This document shows, piece by piece, positions 35,530 through 48,554 of a DNA stretch of 59,898 nucleotides. A model generated the notes under the pieces. That model saw nothing but the letters and a program-made list of their open reading frames with translations. It was not told the DNA's origin and made no database searches. Within the stretch, counting starts at the first letter, position 1; each line of letters starts with the position of its first letter. The DNA is from Octopus bimaculoides (lineage: Eukaryota): NCBI RefSeq assembly GCF_001194135.2, contig NC_068989.1, forward strand, positions 73,686,304 to 73,746,201. Direction: 5' to 3'. Both the position numbers and the translations under genes were made by a program.

Positions 35530-37090
35530 TAAGTTAACAGAACTGGTGAAGAGGCAGATTGAATGGTTTACGATATTTCTTCCGAATCATTACCTTCTAA
35601 GTTCAAATCCTGCCGCGGGCAACTTTGCCTTTCATCCATTCGAAATCGATAAAATAAAACACGGTCAAGTGGTGGAGGCAGTGGTATCGACTAATCCAGT
35701 CACAAAATTACCGGCCATATGGTTCAATCAGAAACCATTATATCAAGACTAAAAGGCGGTGGATTATCAGAAAAGCAAAGCGGTGGACTGAAAAGCTTTG
35801 CGGTTTATATTTATATTTTTATTTTCTGGAGTTATATCTCTCCGAGTTCAACTAACCCTTTCATCTGTCTGAGGCCGATAAAAATAAAGTATCAATCAAG
35901 TACTGGGATCTATGACATTGATTAACTATCGCCCTCAAATTTCAGACCTTGCTCCAGTTAGAGGCTAAGGTCGATTTAATCGATTGATATTGATTTCAAA
36001 TTTTGGTACAAAGCCAGCAATTTCTGAGGAGTGGGTGAGTCAATTACATCGACCAGAATGATCAACTGGTACTTATTTTATCGACTCCGAAAGGGCAAAG
36101 TCGACTTCGACGGAATTTGAACTCAGAACGTCGAGACAGACGAAATGCCGCTAAATGCTTTTCTCGAGTTGCTAACCATTCTGCCAACTCATCGCCTTAA
36201 GCTGCTTTCCCGGTCAAATAGACTCATAAAACCGCTTTTCTGGTTTCTATGGTGTATGTTCTCCTTGGACAGGACGCCGGTCCGTTGCTGGATTAGTCAC
36301 TTTTGTCAGATGATTGGACTGGAGTAATGTGAAATGAAATATTTTACTCAAGAACACAACGCATTGCTCGGTCCAGGAATCGAAACCGCAATCTTACAAT
36401 CATGAGTCCAATACCCCTAACCACTAAGTCATGCGCCTTTGCAGCTGATCGATTAATATTCGCAACAAATCTGTGAATTTGCATCTGCTTTAGAAGCAAT
36501 ATGGCGTTGGATGCTTTTAAGTATACCGTTTCACATAGGTGGTGACCATGCGGATTGAAGAGGGGACGGTCAAATTAACATGTTTACTAAACTTACTAAA
36601 CTTGTCCAACTCCTAAGGGAGAACAATTATATTGATGTAAATTCTGTTTTGTCTTCTTAATATAAACTCTAAAACTAAGCCTGCGAGCTGGCAGAGATGT
36701 TAGCACGCTGGGCGAAGTGCTTAGCGGCATTTCGTCTGTCTTTACGTCCTGAGTTCAAGTTCCACTGAGGTGGAATTTGCCTTTCATTCTTTCAGGGTCA
36801 ATAAAATAAGTGCTTGTTGAGACCTGGGACCTCTTCCACGAAATTGCTGACCTTGTACCACAATTTGAAAGCAATATAAACTCTAAAACTAAGACAGTGG
36901 TTTGGTCGAATCGTGGGAGCACCGGACAAAATGCCTTGTGGTATTTAGTTACAGTACTTTTACATTCTGAGTTCAAATCCCACTGATGCCAACTTTGTTA
37001 TCATTCTGTCGAGCTTGATGAAATAAAGTACCAGTCACGTACTGGAATCCATGTTATCGACTTACGTCTCTCCCAAATTTTACGCCACTT
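35530..37090. mobile_element. Cluster of diverged family A SINEs (plus 35530-35720, 35780-35960, 36683-36870, 36892-37090; minus 35990-36208)
   Basis: Repeated gagttcaaat...ctttcatc...gataaaataagtac motifs. Confidence 0.7.
36240..36440 (-). mobile_element. CORE-type SINE family C relative with a different 3' part
   Basis: Head and CORE region align to 10980-11101. Confidence 0.55.
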
Positions 37091-38831
37091 TCTTATGGTG
37101 TTGGTCGTCGATCTCCCGAGCGAACCAATGGAAACTGTATTCCCATTGACTTATTCAAGTCACAATCCCCTGACAGAAGCGTAACTATTTTTCGGTAACG
37201 AGGCGGGATCTGCAGAAAGGTAGGTATTTCAGGTAGGACTGGTGAGCGAAATAACATGTAAATAGCTTGTTCATATGATTAACAGAGGCCAGTAACTCTG
37301 ATGCTTAACGGCATCCTATGTCACCTCTGATCAAACAGACCTATGATCAAAACTAGTCCAACCCCAACGAACCCGTTTTTTGTTAACACACAATATGCCT
37401 AAGAGTATATTAACCAATGGGTCCTTAATTTTTCAATGACATTTAGGGTGTAACTTGACGGATGTTTAGCTGCTACTTCTACATTGACCCAATGTTCTCC
37501 GCATCGACTTGCGCTGATAGTAATAATGTAGCAACATAGATAGAATGGGCTATGGGTTTTAGTATGTTGGGTAGTGACTCTCAGAGGAAGGAATGACAAA
37601 ATTGTCACCGGCAGGATTCGAACTCCAAATATGTAATTAAATACAATAAGCCACTTTGTCTACCTCTCAACCAATTCTGATAATCCACCACCCGCGAGTT
37701 TTCATATAATAAATATCAATAGTATACATGTGTTTTAAATGCCATGCAAGAAGTATTGTTCAGTATATATGACAACTGAAGACAATACATAAAAGAAAAC
37801 GTAATAATCAGTGCGAAAATAACAAGCAAAACAAAACAAAACAAAACTAAAGAAAATAATTCAGATAGAAACTAGAGACACAGAAAAATCTTGAAATGAC
37901 AGCAGGAAAAAATCTATAAGAATTGTGGTTTGGATTGAGTTTCACTCGATTGTTAGAAAAATCCTGGGAGATAAATTGTTAAGTAATGCGTGAGATCTGT
38001 CTGTCTGCCTCTTTTTTCCTTTTTGCGCTCTCGCACATGTGTGTGTGTGTGTGTGTGTATGTATGTACATGCACACACACAAACACAAATACTCACACAC
38101 ACACATAGATACATACACAAACGTACATCTATCGTGGAACCTCGACAAGGCCCTTTCAGAGTTAAGTTGTGGAGAGTTAAGGCCAATCAGAAGCATGTGT
38201 CACTACCCTCAGGTATCAAGTTTTAACGGAAAGTTGATAAGACTCTTAAGTCAAAAGCAGTTGTGGGGGACCCGATTTCTATTTTACATAAAACCTCTGA
38301 CTGAATGATTTAAGTGGATCTGACGGAAAAACTCATCTTCCCGGAAAAGATGGCAGTATCATCGCTCAGACTAGACTAGATAACAAGATCGGTGCGCTAT
38401 TTCTTGCGGCAGGTCAGCTTGGAACCCAAGTAACAGAAGAAAAACCTCTTGGGAGGCAGCCATACTTGCCGAGGCCAGCTCAGGACTGTGGTAGTTGATA
38501 AGGGACTTTAGATACTATCTTTCTGCAAATGAGCTAGTTCAGTCCTCGCTGCTCTGCTCAGGCTAAGCATAGTAGCGGCTAAAGAATGAAACGCTCGTGA
38601 CTTCAGGATACCTGCTGATGATATAAAAAAAGGTTTCCATCTATGGAATTCCTTTCGTCACCATCAAGACAAAGAGCTTGCAACATTTTAAAATGGTTCC
38701 AGCAGTTTCACCTACAAGTAAAGCATCTATGACGCTTTGTCGCATGGATGGCGCACGTTCCCTGTAGAAAGTTCATAGAAGGTTTATATTATGATTTGAC
38801 GCACATGCTAGATATACGGTATATATATATA

Positions 38832-38900
<69 letters not shown>

Positions 38901-38928
38901 AAAAGAATAAAACAAAGATATGTATATA

Positions 38929-39357
38929 GGCATAAAGCATGACTGCGTGGTAGGCATCTTGCTTCCCAACTACATAGTTCCGGGTTCAGTCCCATTGCGT
39001 GGCACGTTGAGCAAATGTCTTCTACTATAGTCTCGGACCGACTAAAGCCTTGTTAATGTATGTGGAAGACGGAAACTGAAAGAAGTTCGACGTATATTAT
39101 ACACACACACTCACACACACACACACATATACATACATATTTGTGTGTGTGTATGTGTGTTTGTGTCTCCCCACTTGACAACCGGTGTTGGTGTGCTTAC
39201 GTCTCAGCAACTTAGCTGTTCGGTAAACAGCTGAGAGACTAACAGAAGAAGTACCAGGCTTCATAAAAACGTACTGGGATCGATTCATTTGACAAAAATT
39301 CTTCAAGGCGGTGCCCCAGCATGGCCGAAGTCTAATGACTGAAACAAGTCAAAAGGT
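38929..39357 (+). mobile_element. SINE family D copy
   Basis: tRNA-like head, CORE motif, internal (CA)/(TG) run, conserved tail. Confidence 0.8.
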
Positions 39358-39982
39358 AAACGAAATATAAAATATTGCTATAAACGCAGGCACACTTCTG
39401 TGTATCTGTCTGTCTGTCTGTCTGTCTATAAACAACATTATTTGTACGTGTGTACATGTATCTTTATGCATACATATGTATATATATGCACGTGTGTGTG
39501 TATATATAAATATATATGCGCGTAAGTGTATGTGTGTGTGTGTGCGTGCGTGTGTGGTGTATAGGATGTTGCCACTGAATGCACAAGATCTTGTTTTATA
39601 CATAAATCATTATTAATCCTCAAAGAACTATGTAGTATTATCAGTCATAACAAAACGACATCTAGATTATAGATATTTTCTGCATCAAATAATACTTGTG
39701 GTTGTCTCAGGACACGAAGACAAACAACGAGAACGAAAAAAAAAAGGATTAAAAAACCTTGCAACTTCCCTTATAGCATTATATCATAACTCTCATATTT
39801 ACTATATACTATTTATTCAGAAACAAATACAGAAGAAATAAACGCATGTCGAGTAATATGTCTGATATTATATATATGCACTAGAGTGTTACCCGTCATG
39901 TTACTTTTAAAGTATAATTTTGTCACTACAGATAACATCAAGAAATATAGCGTACATACAAAAATTACACAAGCATACACAC

Positions 39983-40138
39983 ATGTGGCTGTGTGGTAAG
40001 AAGCTTTCTTCCTAACCATATGATTCCAGGGTTCAGTCTCACTGTGTAGCACCTTGGGCAAGTGTCTTCTACTATAGCCTCGGGCCGACCAAAGCCTTGT
40101 GAGTAGATTTGGTAGACGGTAACTGAAGAAGCCCATCG

Positions 40139-40179
<41 letters not shown>

Positions 40180-40751
40180 NNNNNNNNNNNNNNNNNNNNN
40201 NNNNNNNNNNNNNNNNNNNNNNNNNNNNNNNNNNNNNNNNNNNNNNNNNNNNNNNNNNNNNNNNNNNNNNNNNNNNNNNNNNNNNNNNNNNNNNNNNNNN
40301 NNNNNNNNNNNNNNNNNNNNNNNNNNNNNNNNNNNNNNNNNNNNNNNNNNNNNNNNNNNNNNNNNNNNNNNNNNNNNNNNNNNNNNNNNNNNNNNNNNNN
40401 NNNNNNNNNNNNNNNNNNNNNNNNNNNNNNNNNNNNNNNNNNNNNNNNNNNNNNNNNNNNNNNNNNNNNNNNNNNNNNNNNNNNNNNNNNNNNNNNNNNN
40501 NNNNNNNNNNNNNNNNNNNNNNNNNNNNNNNNNNNNNNNNNNNNNNNNNNNNNNNNNNNNNNNNNNNNNNNNNNNNNNNNNNNNNNNNNNNNNNNNNNNN
40601 NNNNNNNNNNNNNNNNNNNNNNNNNNNNNNNNNNNNNNNNNNNNNNNNNNNNNNNNNNNNNNNNNNNNNNNNNNNNNNNNNNNNNNNNNNNNNNNNNNNN
40701 NNNNNNNNNNNNNNNNNNNNNNNNNNNNNNNNNNNNNNNTATATATATATT

Positions 40752-40784
<33 letters not shown>

Positions 40785-40787
40785 ATA

Positions 40788-40821
<34 letters not shown>

Positions 40822-41040
40822 TTGTGTGCTTGTGTTTTTCCCCCTCCACCATCGCTTGACAACCGATGCTGGTGTGTTTATGTCCCCGTATATAAGTGGT
40901 TCGGCAAAAGATACCGATAGAATAAGTACTAGGCTTACAAAGGATAAGTCTCGGGGGCGATTTCTTCGACTAAAAGTCGTTAATGCGGTGCTCCAGCATG
41001 GCTACAGTCAAATGACTGAAACATGTAAACAAATAAATGA
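39983..41040 (+). mobile_element. SINE family D copy whose internal microsatellite spans the 40180-40739 gap
   Basis: 5' half ends in (TA)n before the gap; 3' half resumes after (TA)n(TG)n. Confidence 0.75.
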
Positions 41041-42491
41041 ATACACATACATTTGACCAAATATATTAGTTATAGATCAAACGGCCAGATACGTTCCCTC
41101 GTTTGCTAAGTATAGGTTCACCCATGTTACTAATAACTATAGTCTATATAATAAAATAACAAATCGAGACAACTATTATAACAAATCGTAAAAAAGGCTT
41201 CCCCGATTGATTGGTACAAATCACTCACAAACCTACTCCAGCCTCCTACCACCACCACCACCTCTAAAGACGTGACATCTCCTCCTTATGTCCTTCTCTC
41301 ATTTGACTACAATGACTCCCTACTCCTCAGAATAAGCTGGTTTTGAATCACTTTCTCTCGCTTCACGTCTTATTTCCTATGTTAATTCCACCTCAACCGT
41401 GTCTGTACCGACGATTACGCCTTGTCCTTCGTTCTTCGAGTATCGAGCCTTTAAAACTATTTCATCTTTTTCCTGCGGTCATGGACACACAATTGTTTAA
41501 ACGGAATGTTAATGACATCAATCTCGGTAGGCTTGCAAAAAGAAAGAAAAAAAAGAAAAAAGAAAAAAAAAGAAAAAAGAAAAAAAGACTTTTGATTTCT
41601 CTGCACAGAGAGAACAGCTGTAATCTTCCAAATCAAGCTAAACAGATTCCATTGTAGTGTCAATTTTTTCGTATTTAAGAAACCATATTAACTCTTTTGA
41701 CACGAAACCACCTGAGACTGCCCATGGTTTTATGACAAAAAACAACTCTATTTTAAAGTAATCTAAATTGAAACCACACGTCAAAATTTTGTGTTAAATT
41801 CTGCTCCAAATATCAGCTTAATATCAAAATTATTTTTCTAAATTTCGTTAAAAGCATATTTTTACAGGAAGAAAAGATAAAAAAAGACTGTTAAAGTATA
41901 AAAGATCAAATTACCGAGAAAAAGGAAACCCATAATTACTTTAACAAGTAAACAAAGAAAAAGGAAAAAAAACAGGGGGTGGAATTAAGCAGTAGAAGAT
42001 GGGGGTGAAGAGTAACAGGTTGTGCACTCCAGAACAAATGGCGTGTTTAGCCGCCCCTCACGGACATAATTGCAAAGGTATTGCCGCAGAGAATGGCCAG
42101 TGACATTCGCCGCAGCAGCCACCCCCACAGCGCGGGGCTAATTTTCCCTCATTATTTTCCAAATTTATTGAGACAAAAGCAGAGTATTTCAATGGAATTA
42201 TAGAAACAAAAGTAAATCTCGTTTCATTTGCAATCATGTTACAGCGACCCACCACAAAGTATTGCCACATAATTGTTGATTTGGTACTGTCCGAGTAAGT
42301 ACGATGCTCTGAAGGCTTGTGCTACCAGGGTAGATGATTTGGGGTAGGTGATTGGCTCCGTTGGTTACAGTATTGTGGCAATGTTGCCGATGCTGTTGTT
42401 TAGCGTTATGTCACTGCTAACATGATTCATTGAACAGATTTATGATGAGAGACGTTCCAGGTGTGATCTTCTCCTCTCACCTACCCCTGCA

Positions 42492-42875
42492 TTGTTGTTG
42501 GCACTCTGTCGCTTATGACGTCGAGGGTTCCAGTTGATTCGATCAACAGAACAGCCTGCTCGTGAAATTAACGTGCAAGTGGCTGAGCACTCCACAGACA
42601 CGTGTACTCTTAATGTAGTTCTCGGGGATATTCAGTGTGACACAATGTGAAAAGACTGACCCTTTGAATTACAGGCACAACAGAAACAGGATGTAAGAGT
42701 GAGAGAAAGTTGTGGTGAAAGAGTACAGCAGGGTTCGCCACCATCCCCTGCCGGAGCCTCGTGGAGCTTTAGGTGTTTTCGCTCAATAAACACTCACAAC
42801 GCCCGGTCTGGGAATCGAAACCGCGATCCTATGACCGCGAGTCCGCTGCCCTAACCACTGGGCCATTACGCCTCC
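42492..42875 (-). mobile_element. Full-length SINE family B copy
   Basis: High identity to 13227-13620 over its whole length. Confidence 0.85.
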
Positions 42876-42924
42876 ACAGTGAATTAGTGGAGTCGATATA
42901 ATTGCAGAACTAATAGACGCATTA

Positions 42925-43321
42925 TCGTGCCCGAAAAAAAATTGCTTTGTAATATTTCTGCAACCATTACGCTCTGAGTTCAAATGCAGCCGAGATCGAC
43001 TTTGCTTTTCATTCTTTCTTGAGTTGATAAAATAAGTACGAGTTGAGTACTATGGTTGGTGTACTCGACTAAACTCCATCCCCTGCAACAAAATTTCAGG
43101 CCTTATGCCTTAGTAGAAAGGATATAGTTGCCTATACACTCCTGTGAGTAAGGATCAGGCCAGTCTACACCACGACGCAGTTTCAAATCTCAGTCAATGC
43201 TAGAGCAGCTGCGTGCCTAATTACAACTTACCTTGGAAAGCAATGGACGCTCGACTCTATTTTATGTGTAGCTATGTGCCCTGGAAAACAAATGTATTTC
43301 AATATTTATGAATATAGTTAC

Positions 43322-43358
<37 letters not shown>

Positions 43359-44090
43359 AACAAATACTTCAACGGTATCCCAGTAACACAAGCTATAATG
43401 TGGAATTACTATTCAAACATATTACAGGTTTATTATTGCAGTAATCGCAGTAAAATAGCTATAAAGCATTGATAAACTGAACTCTGTGATCTGGTTTGAA
43501 GAAACGTCTTTACACCACTGTAGCTCACGGGGATACAATCAAGTATCCTATAAGTAACTAGGTTGTTGATGAACGATGAAAAATCAAATCATTATATATN
43601 NNNNNNNNNNNNNNNNNNNNNNNNNNNNNNNNNNNNNNNNNNNNNNNNNNNNNNNNNNNNNNNNNNNNNNNNNNNNNNNNNNNNNNNNNNNNNNNNNNNN
43701 NNNNNNNNNNNNNNNNNNNNNNNNNNNNNNNNNNNNNNNNNNNNNNNNNNNNNNNNNNNNNNNNNNNNNNNNNNNNNNNNNNNNNNNNNNNNNNNNNNNN
43801 NNNNNNNNNNNNNNNNNNNNNNNNNNNNNNNNNNNNNNNNNNNNNNNNNNNNNNNNNNNNNNNNNNNNNNNNNNNNNNNNNAGCATGTTGGACGAAATGC
43901 TTAACGGATTCTCGCCCGTCGCTATGCTCTGAGTTCCAATTCCGGCGAGGTTGACTTTGCCATTCATCTTTTCGGGGTCGATAAATTAAGTACCACTGAA
44001 ACACTAGGGTTGATGTAATCGGCTAGTTCTCCACCCCCCCCATAATTTCAGGCCTTGTGCCTTTAGTAGAAAGGATTATTAGTAATAATT
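42925..44090 (+). mobile_element. Family A SINEs at 42925-43130 and 43882-44090 (interval also contains unique DNA and a gap)
   Basis: Match to A consensus. Confidence 0.7.
43232..43280 (-). other. Candidate 49-nt exon (5'UTR, poison or coding phase 1 to 2)
   Basis: Acceptor catttgttttccag|GG and consensus donor AAG|gtaagt in unique sequence; only one frame is open (HIATHKIESSVHCFP). Confidence 0.45.
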
Positions 44091-44108
44091 AAAGGCGGCG
44101 AATTGGCA

Positions 44109-44246
44109 GAATCCCCGAGAACTACGTTAAGGGTACACGTGTCTGTGGAATGCTCAGCCACTTGCACGTTAATTTCACGAGCAGGCTGTTCCGTTGATCG
44201 GATCAACTGGAACCCTCGACGTCGTAAGCGACGGAGTGCCAACAAC
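44109..44246 (+). mobile_element. 3' fragment of SINE family B fused to a family A head
   Basis: Matches the reverse complement of 13243-13378; preceded by ggcggcgaattggcagaat. Confidence 0.8.
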
Positions 44247-45177
44247 ATTATGCCTAGAGGAGTTGTGCTTATCTGGCTCCTTAACCTACCACACTCGGTC
44301 CCTCATCCGTAAAGCGGCCACATTAGACACAAGGCAATTATTTTTTATTGCTTTTTTTATTTAAAAAAAAGCGTGTTTTAAATGCCTGCAAATACTGAAC
44401 GTCATTCATGAGTTTCAAGGACACTTTGAAGAGAAGACTAAAGCTGATGCATGGGCAGGGATGTTGCTGCGTCCATGCGATCTGAAATGCAGATATAAAT
44501 GATTATCGAAATCATCGTCATATTCATTAAAAAAACAAAAGGCTTCAAATAAGTAGCTTAATATAATTTAATTATATTTCGTACACAGATATAATAATAA
44601 TCCTAACCATGTTATTTTCCATTTCCGGTGAATTGATGTATTATTAGATTTAAAAGGCGTCCCAAACCTTCCCCATTTACTCTCACTCTCTTGCTTTCTT
44701 TCTCTCTTTCTCGCTTTATTTCCCCCTCTCTCTGTCTGTTTCACTCTGTCTGCCTGTCTCTCTCTGTCTCCGTTATTCCTCTTCTACTTTCGCACAATTT
44801 TTGCACACACACAATCATACAAAGACTCATATAAACACGTATTTTCAAATGAAAACAAACTTACAAAATCATATTTTTTCATTATTAGTTCTTTCAACTA
44901 CTTTGATAAAACTAGATGTTTTCTATTTTCGATAAAAAGACAAATGAAAAAAAAAAATGCTTAAGATGGATGTTGTAGCATTGAATCATTTCTAAATTTA
45001 AGTTGTCACGGGATATCGAAGAACAAACAAACAAACAAAGAAACAAACAAACATATCACAAAACAATGCAAAACTACATTCAATGAGAGAGAAGAAACAT
45101 TTTCACAAAATGGCGTCTAGAAAATATTCCAACGAGACATCAATGAGACATGGCGGCACAGTCGGTGAAAAAATAAT

Positions 45178-45222
<45 letters not shown>

Positions 45223-45269
45223 TGAATACATTGTCTTTACGTTTGTTGTTTGCATGTTATTCTGTTTTC

Positions 45270-45790
45270 CCTCCCGAAGCAACACCGCTGCCGCCTCCAC
45301 CCTTACCACCACCACCACAAAGAACTACAATACTTGCACTAGCTCCAACATTGAACTGCCGCCACGGACACCACCACTACATAATCGCTGCCACCACCAT
45401 TACCCCCACTACCGTTACCCCCAACCCCAACCACCACCACCACCACCATCATCACTACGACCACGACCACCACTGCTGCTGCTGCTGCTGTTGCTGTGGC
45501 TAACATCAATGTTTTCGTATCAAACTTTGGAATTCGATCCTCGGTGTCCATCCATTTTGGTCGTAGATTGTCATAAGATGATTTATCATGTAATAATACT
45601 AAATGATCGTGTTCTCGTCGTTGTTGTAGTCATTGTTGTTGCTTTTGATATTGTTGCAGATGAAGATGATGACGACGACGATAACGACGGCGACAACTAC
45701 AACAACGGAACTACGACTGTGATAATGCTGACGATGATGATGATGATGATGATGGCAGTGGCGGTGACGATGATGGTTTTGTGGTGTTGA
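45270..45790. repeat. Compound trinucleotide low-complexity region (CAC, CTG, GTT, GAC, GAT)
   Basis: Direct inspection. Confidence 0.85.
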
Positions 45791-45854
45791 TATTCGAACT
45801 TGTTGTCCGAATTACTTAGGAATGATGGTACTATCCGGATTAAGTAACGTTACT

Positions 45855-46352
45855 GAGGGAGTTAATTGCTTGCTGTGTAGTTAAGAAGCCCGCTTTACAC
45901 TGACGTGGTTTTGGGTTGAGTATCCCACCCTGTGGTACCTTGGAGAAGTGTTTTCTATTATAGACCCGGGCCATCAATGCCTTGGGAATGAATTCGATAG
46001 ACGAAAACTGCTTGGAGGCCCATATATCTCTTTTACTTGTTTCAGTCTTTTGACTGTGGCCATGCTGGAGCACTGCCTTTAGTCAAGCAAATCGACCCCA
46101 GGATGTAAACGCACAAGCATCGGTTGTCAAGCGATGTTGGGGGGACAAACACAGACAAACAAACACATACACACATACATATATATATATACGACGGGCT
46201 TCTTTCAGATCCCGTCTACCAAATCCACTCAAGGCTTTGGTCGGCCCGAGGCTATAGTAGAAGACACTTGCCCAAGATGCCACGCAGTGGGACTGAACCC
46301 GGGACCATGTGTTTGGTATGCAAGCTACTTACCACACAGCCACTCCTACGCC
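45855..46352. mobile_element. Two family D SINEs tail-to-tail (plus 45855-46030 diverged, minus 46035-46352)
   Basis: Shared CORE and body motifs in opposite orientations. Confidence 0.75.
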
Positions 46353-47970
46353 TATATATATATATATAATTTTTTTTCAGAATGAGATAAAAAACCAAGG
46401 GTGTGAAGATTTTAGAACATTTATAAATAGAAGGTCTTACAGCTATTTTCAGGATATTTATTATATCCCTTCAGGAGACGGTGTGAGAAGATGGTTAAGC
46501 AATAGTTAATTTAGATAAGATACAAAATAGAGAGTGAAGTGGAGGAATGAAAATAGTTTGATGTAGNNNNNNNNNNNNNNNNNNNNNNNNNNNNNNNNNN
46601 NNNNNNNNNNNNNNNNNNNNNNNNNNNNNNNNNNNNNNNNNNNNNNNNNNNNNNNNNNNNNNNNNNNNNNNNNNNNNNNNNNNNNNNNNNNNNNNNNNNN
46701 NNNNNNNNNNNNNNNNNNNNNNNNNNNNNNNNNNNNNNNNNNNNNNNNNNNNNNNNNNNNNNNNNNNNNNNNNNNNNNNNNNNNNNNNNNNNNNNNNNNN
46801 NNNNNNNNNNNNNNNNNNNNNNNNNNNNNNNNNNNNNNNNNNNNNNNNNNNNNNNNNNNNNNNNNNNNNNNNNNNNNNNNNNNNNNNNNNNNNNNNNNNN
46901 NNNNNNNNNNNNNNNNNNNNNNNNNNNNNNNNNNNNNNNNNNNNNNNNNNNNNNNNNNNNNNNNNNNNNNNNNNNNNNNNNNNNNNNNNNNNNNNNNNNN
47001 NNNNNNNNNNNNNNNNNNNNNNNNNNNNNNNNNNNNNNNNNNNNNNNNNNNNNNNNNNNNNNNNNNNNNNNNNNNNNNNNNNNNNNNNNNNNNNNNNNNN
47101 NNNNNNNNNNNNNNNNNNNNNNNNNNNNNNNNNNNNNNNNNNNNNNNNNNNNNNNNNNNNNNNNNNNNNNNNNNNNNNNNNNNNNNNNNNNNNNNNNNNN
47201 NNNNNNNNNNNNNNNNNNNNNNNNNNNNNNNNNNNNNNNNNNNNNNNNNNNNNNNNNNNNNNNNNNNNNNNNNNNNNNNNNNNNNNNNNNNNNNNNNNNN
47301 NNNNNNNNNNNNNNNNNNNNNNNNNNNNNNNNNNNNNNNNNNNNNNNNNNNNNNNNNNNNNNNNNNNNNNNNNNNNNNNNNNNNNNNNNNNNNNNNNNNN
47401 NNNNNNNNNNNNNNNNNNNNNNNNNNNNNNNNNNNNNNNNNNNNNNNNNNNNNNNNNNNNNNNNNNNNNNNNNNNNNNNNNNNNNNNNNNNNNNNNNNNN
47501 NNNNNNNNNNNNNNNNNNNNNNNNNNNNNNNNNNNNNNNNNNNNNNNNNNNGAAAAATATGGCGAAGAATGACGTTGACTATGGCGGAAATGATGATTGC
47601 ATGAAGGTAGGGGGTCTACAGACGACGTTAGCGATTGGTTAGTCGGAATGAAGACGCAAATCGAATCAACACCACGTTTTGTGTTATTTCAAATGTTTGA
47701 AAAGAGAAAACGCCCGACTTGAGATTACAGATATTAAGGCAATTGGTTGATAACAATGTATTTTAAGAAGTGTAGATCCGTTTTTTGTTATCATTTGTTA
47801 TGAATGCGGATCTTTCGACAAATTTCCGTAACTAGATGTAGGATATGACCTATTTAGAAAATATGGATTTCTTCACAATTCTTCACACACACACACACAC
47901 ACATACACGAGCCAAATGTTTATACGTCTACATATTTGTTATATACGTCTATTCGTGCATATATATGTAG

Positions 47971-48225
47971 TATGATGTTGAAAGGGGCAATCTCAGAATG
48001 ATGGAGTCCTTCCTTATAAACAAACTGAGACCAGTCATGAACAACAGCAAGGAACTACACGAAGCAGACTGGTTGCTATAGCAACACCAGTCTGTGCATG
48101 TCTTCCTCCTTCCTCCTTCCTTCCCTACCTCCTTCTCCCACACACATCTGAGCAACGATTTTTCGCAACTATCGCTGTTCCTAAATGCCTTGAAGAATGG
48201 GTCTTCACCACGAAACATAGAAATA
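47971..48225 (+). mobile_element. PLE 3' remnant: GIY-YIG C-terminus plus decayed HHR-like motif
   Basis: Frame 47971-48081 gives NLRMMESFLINKLRPVMN (E..LI...RP..N, typical GIY-YIG end), followed at 48184-48224 by ttgaaga a tgg..cca c gaaa ca ta. Confidence 0.45.
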
Positions 48226-48554
48226 CAAGGTACAACTGCAACTTTTTTCTTTTCTTCTCTTTTTGTAGTTTACTTTGTATCTTCTCGCATTCTTCTCACC
48301 TTACCCAACAACCTTCTTTAAAGTTATACCGCACAAAGCTTCACCAAAACTACATCCCAAATAACTAAATAGTTTAATAAAAAATAAGTAAACTCGAGAT
48401 CTGGGTTTATAAAGAATGCTTCATAATAATGAGACACATACCTTGGTTATATATTATATAATTCCCTTAATAAATATGCATGTGACATTCCTTGCTTCTT
48501 GCATTAAAAATGTCCCATCATCATGAGATTGCCAGTATTATTCAGGGACATAAA

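Noticed and set aside
38181-38190. Isolated CCAAT box and scattered ATGGCG (YY1-like) words at 45106, 45149, 47557, 57405
   Set aside because: Single short motifs are expected by chance; no independent promoter evidence.
44395-44485. Strong minus-strand acceptor (tttatatctgcatttcag) in unique sequence
   Set aside because: No good downstream donor and no frame consistent with other exons.
45083-45790. 235-aa plus-strand ORF with poly-T/P/L/V/D/M runs
   Set aside because: Built from (TA)n and trinucleotide microsatellites; no splice or composition support.
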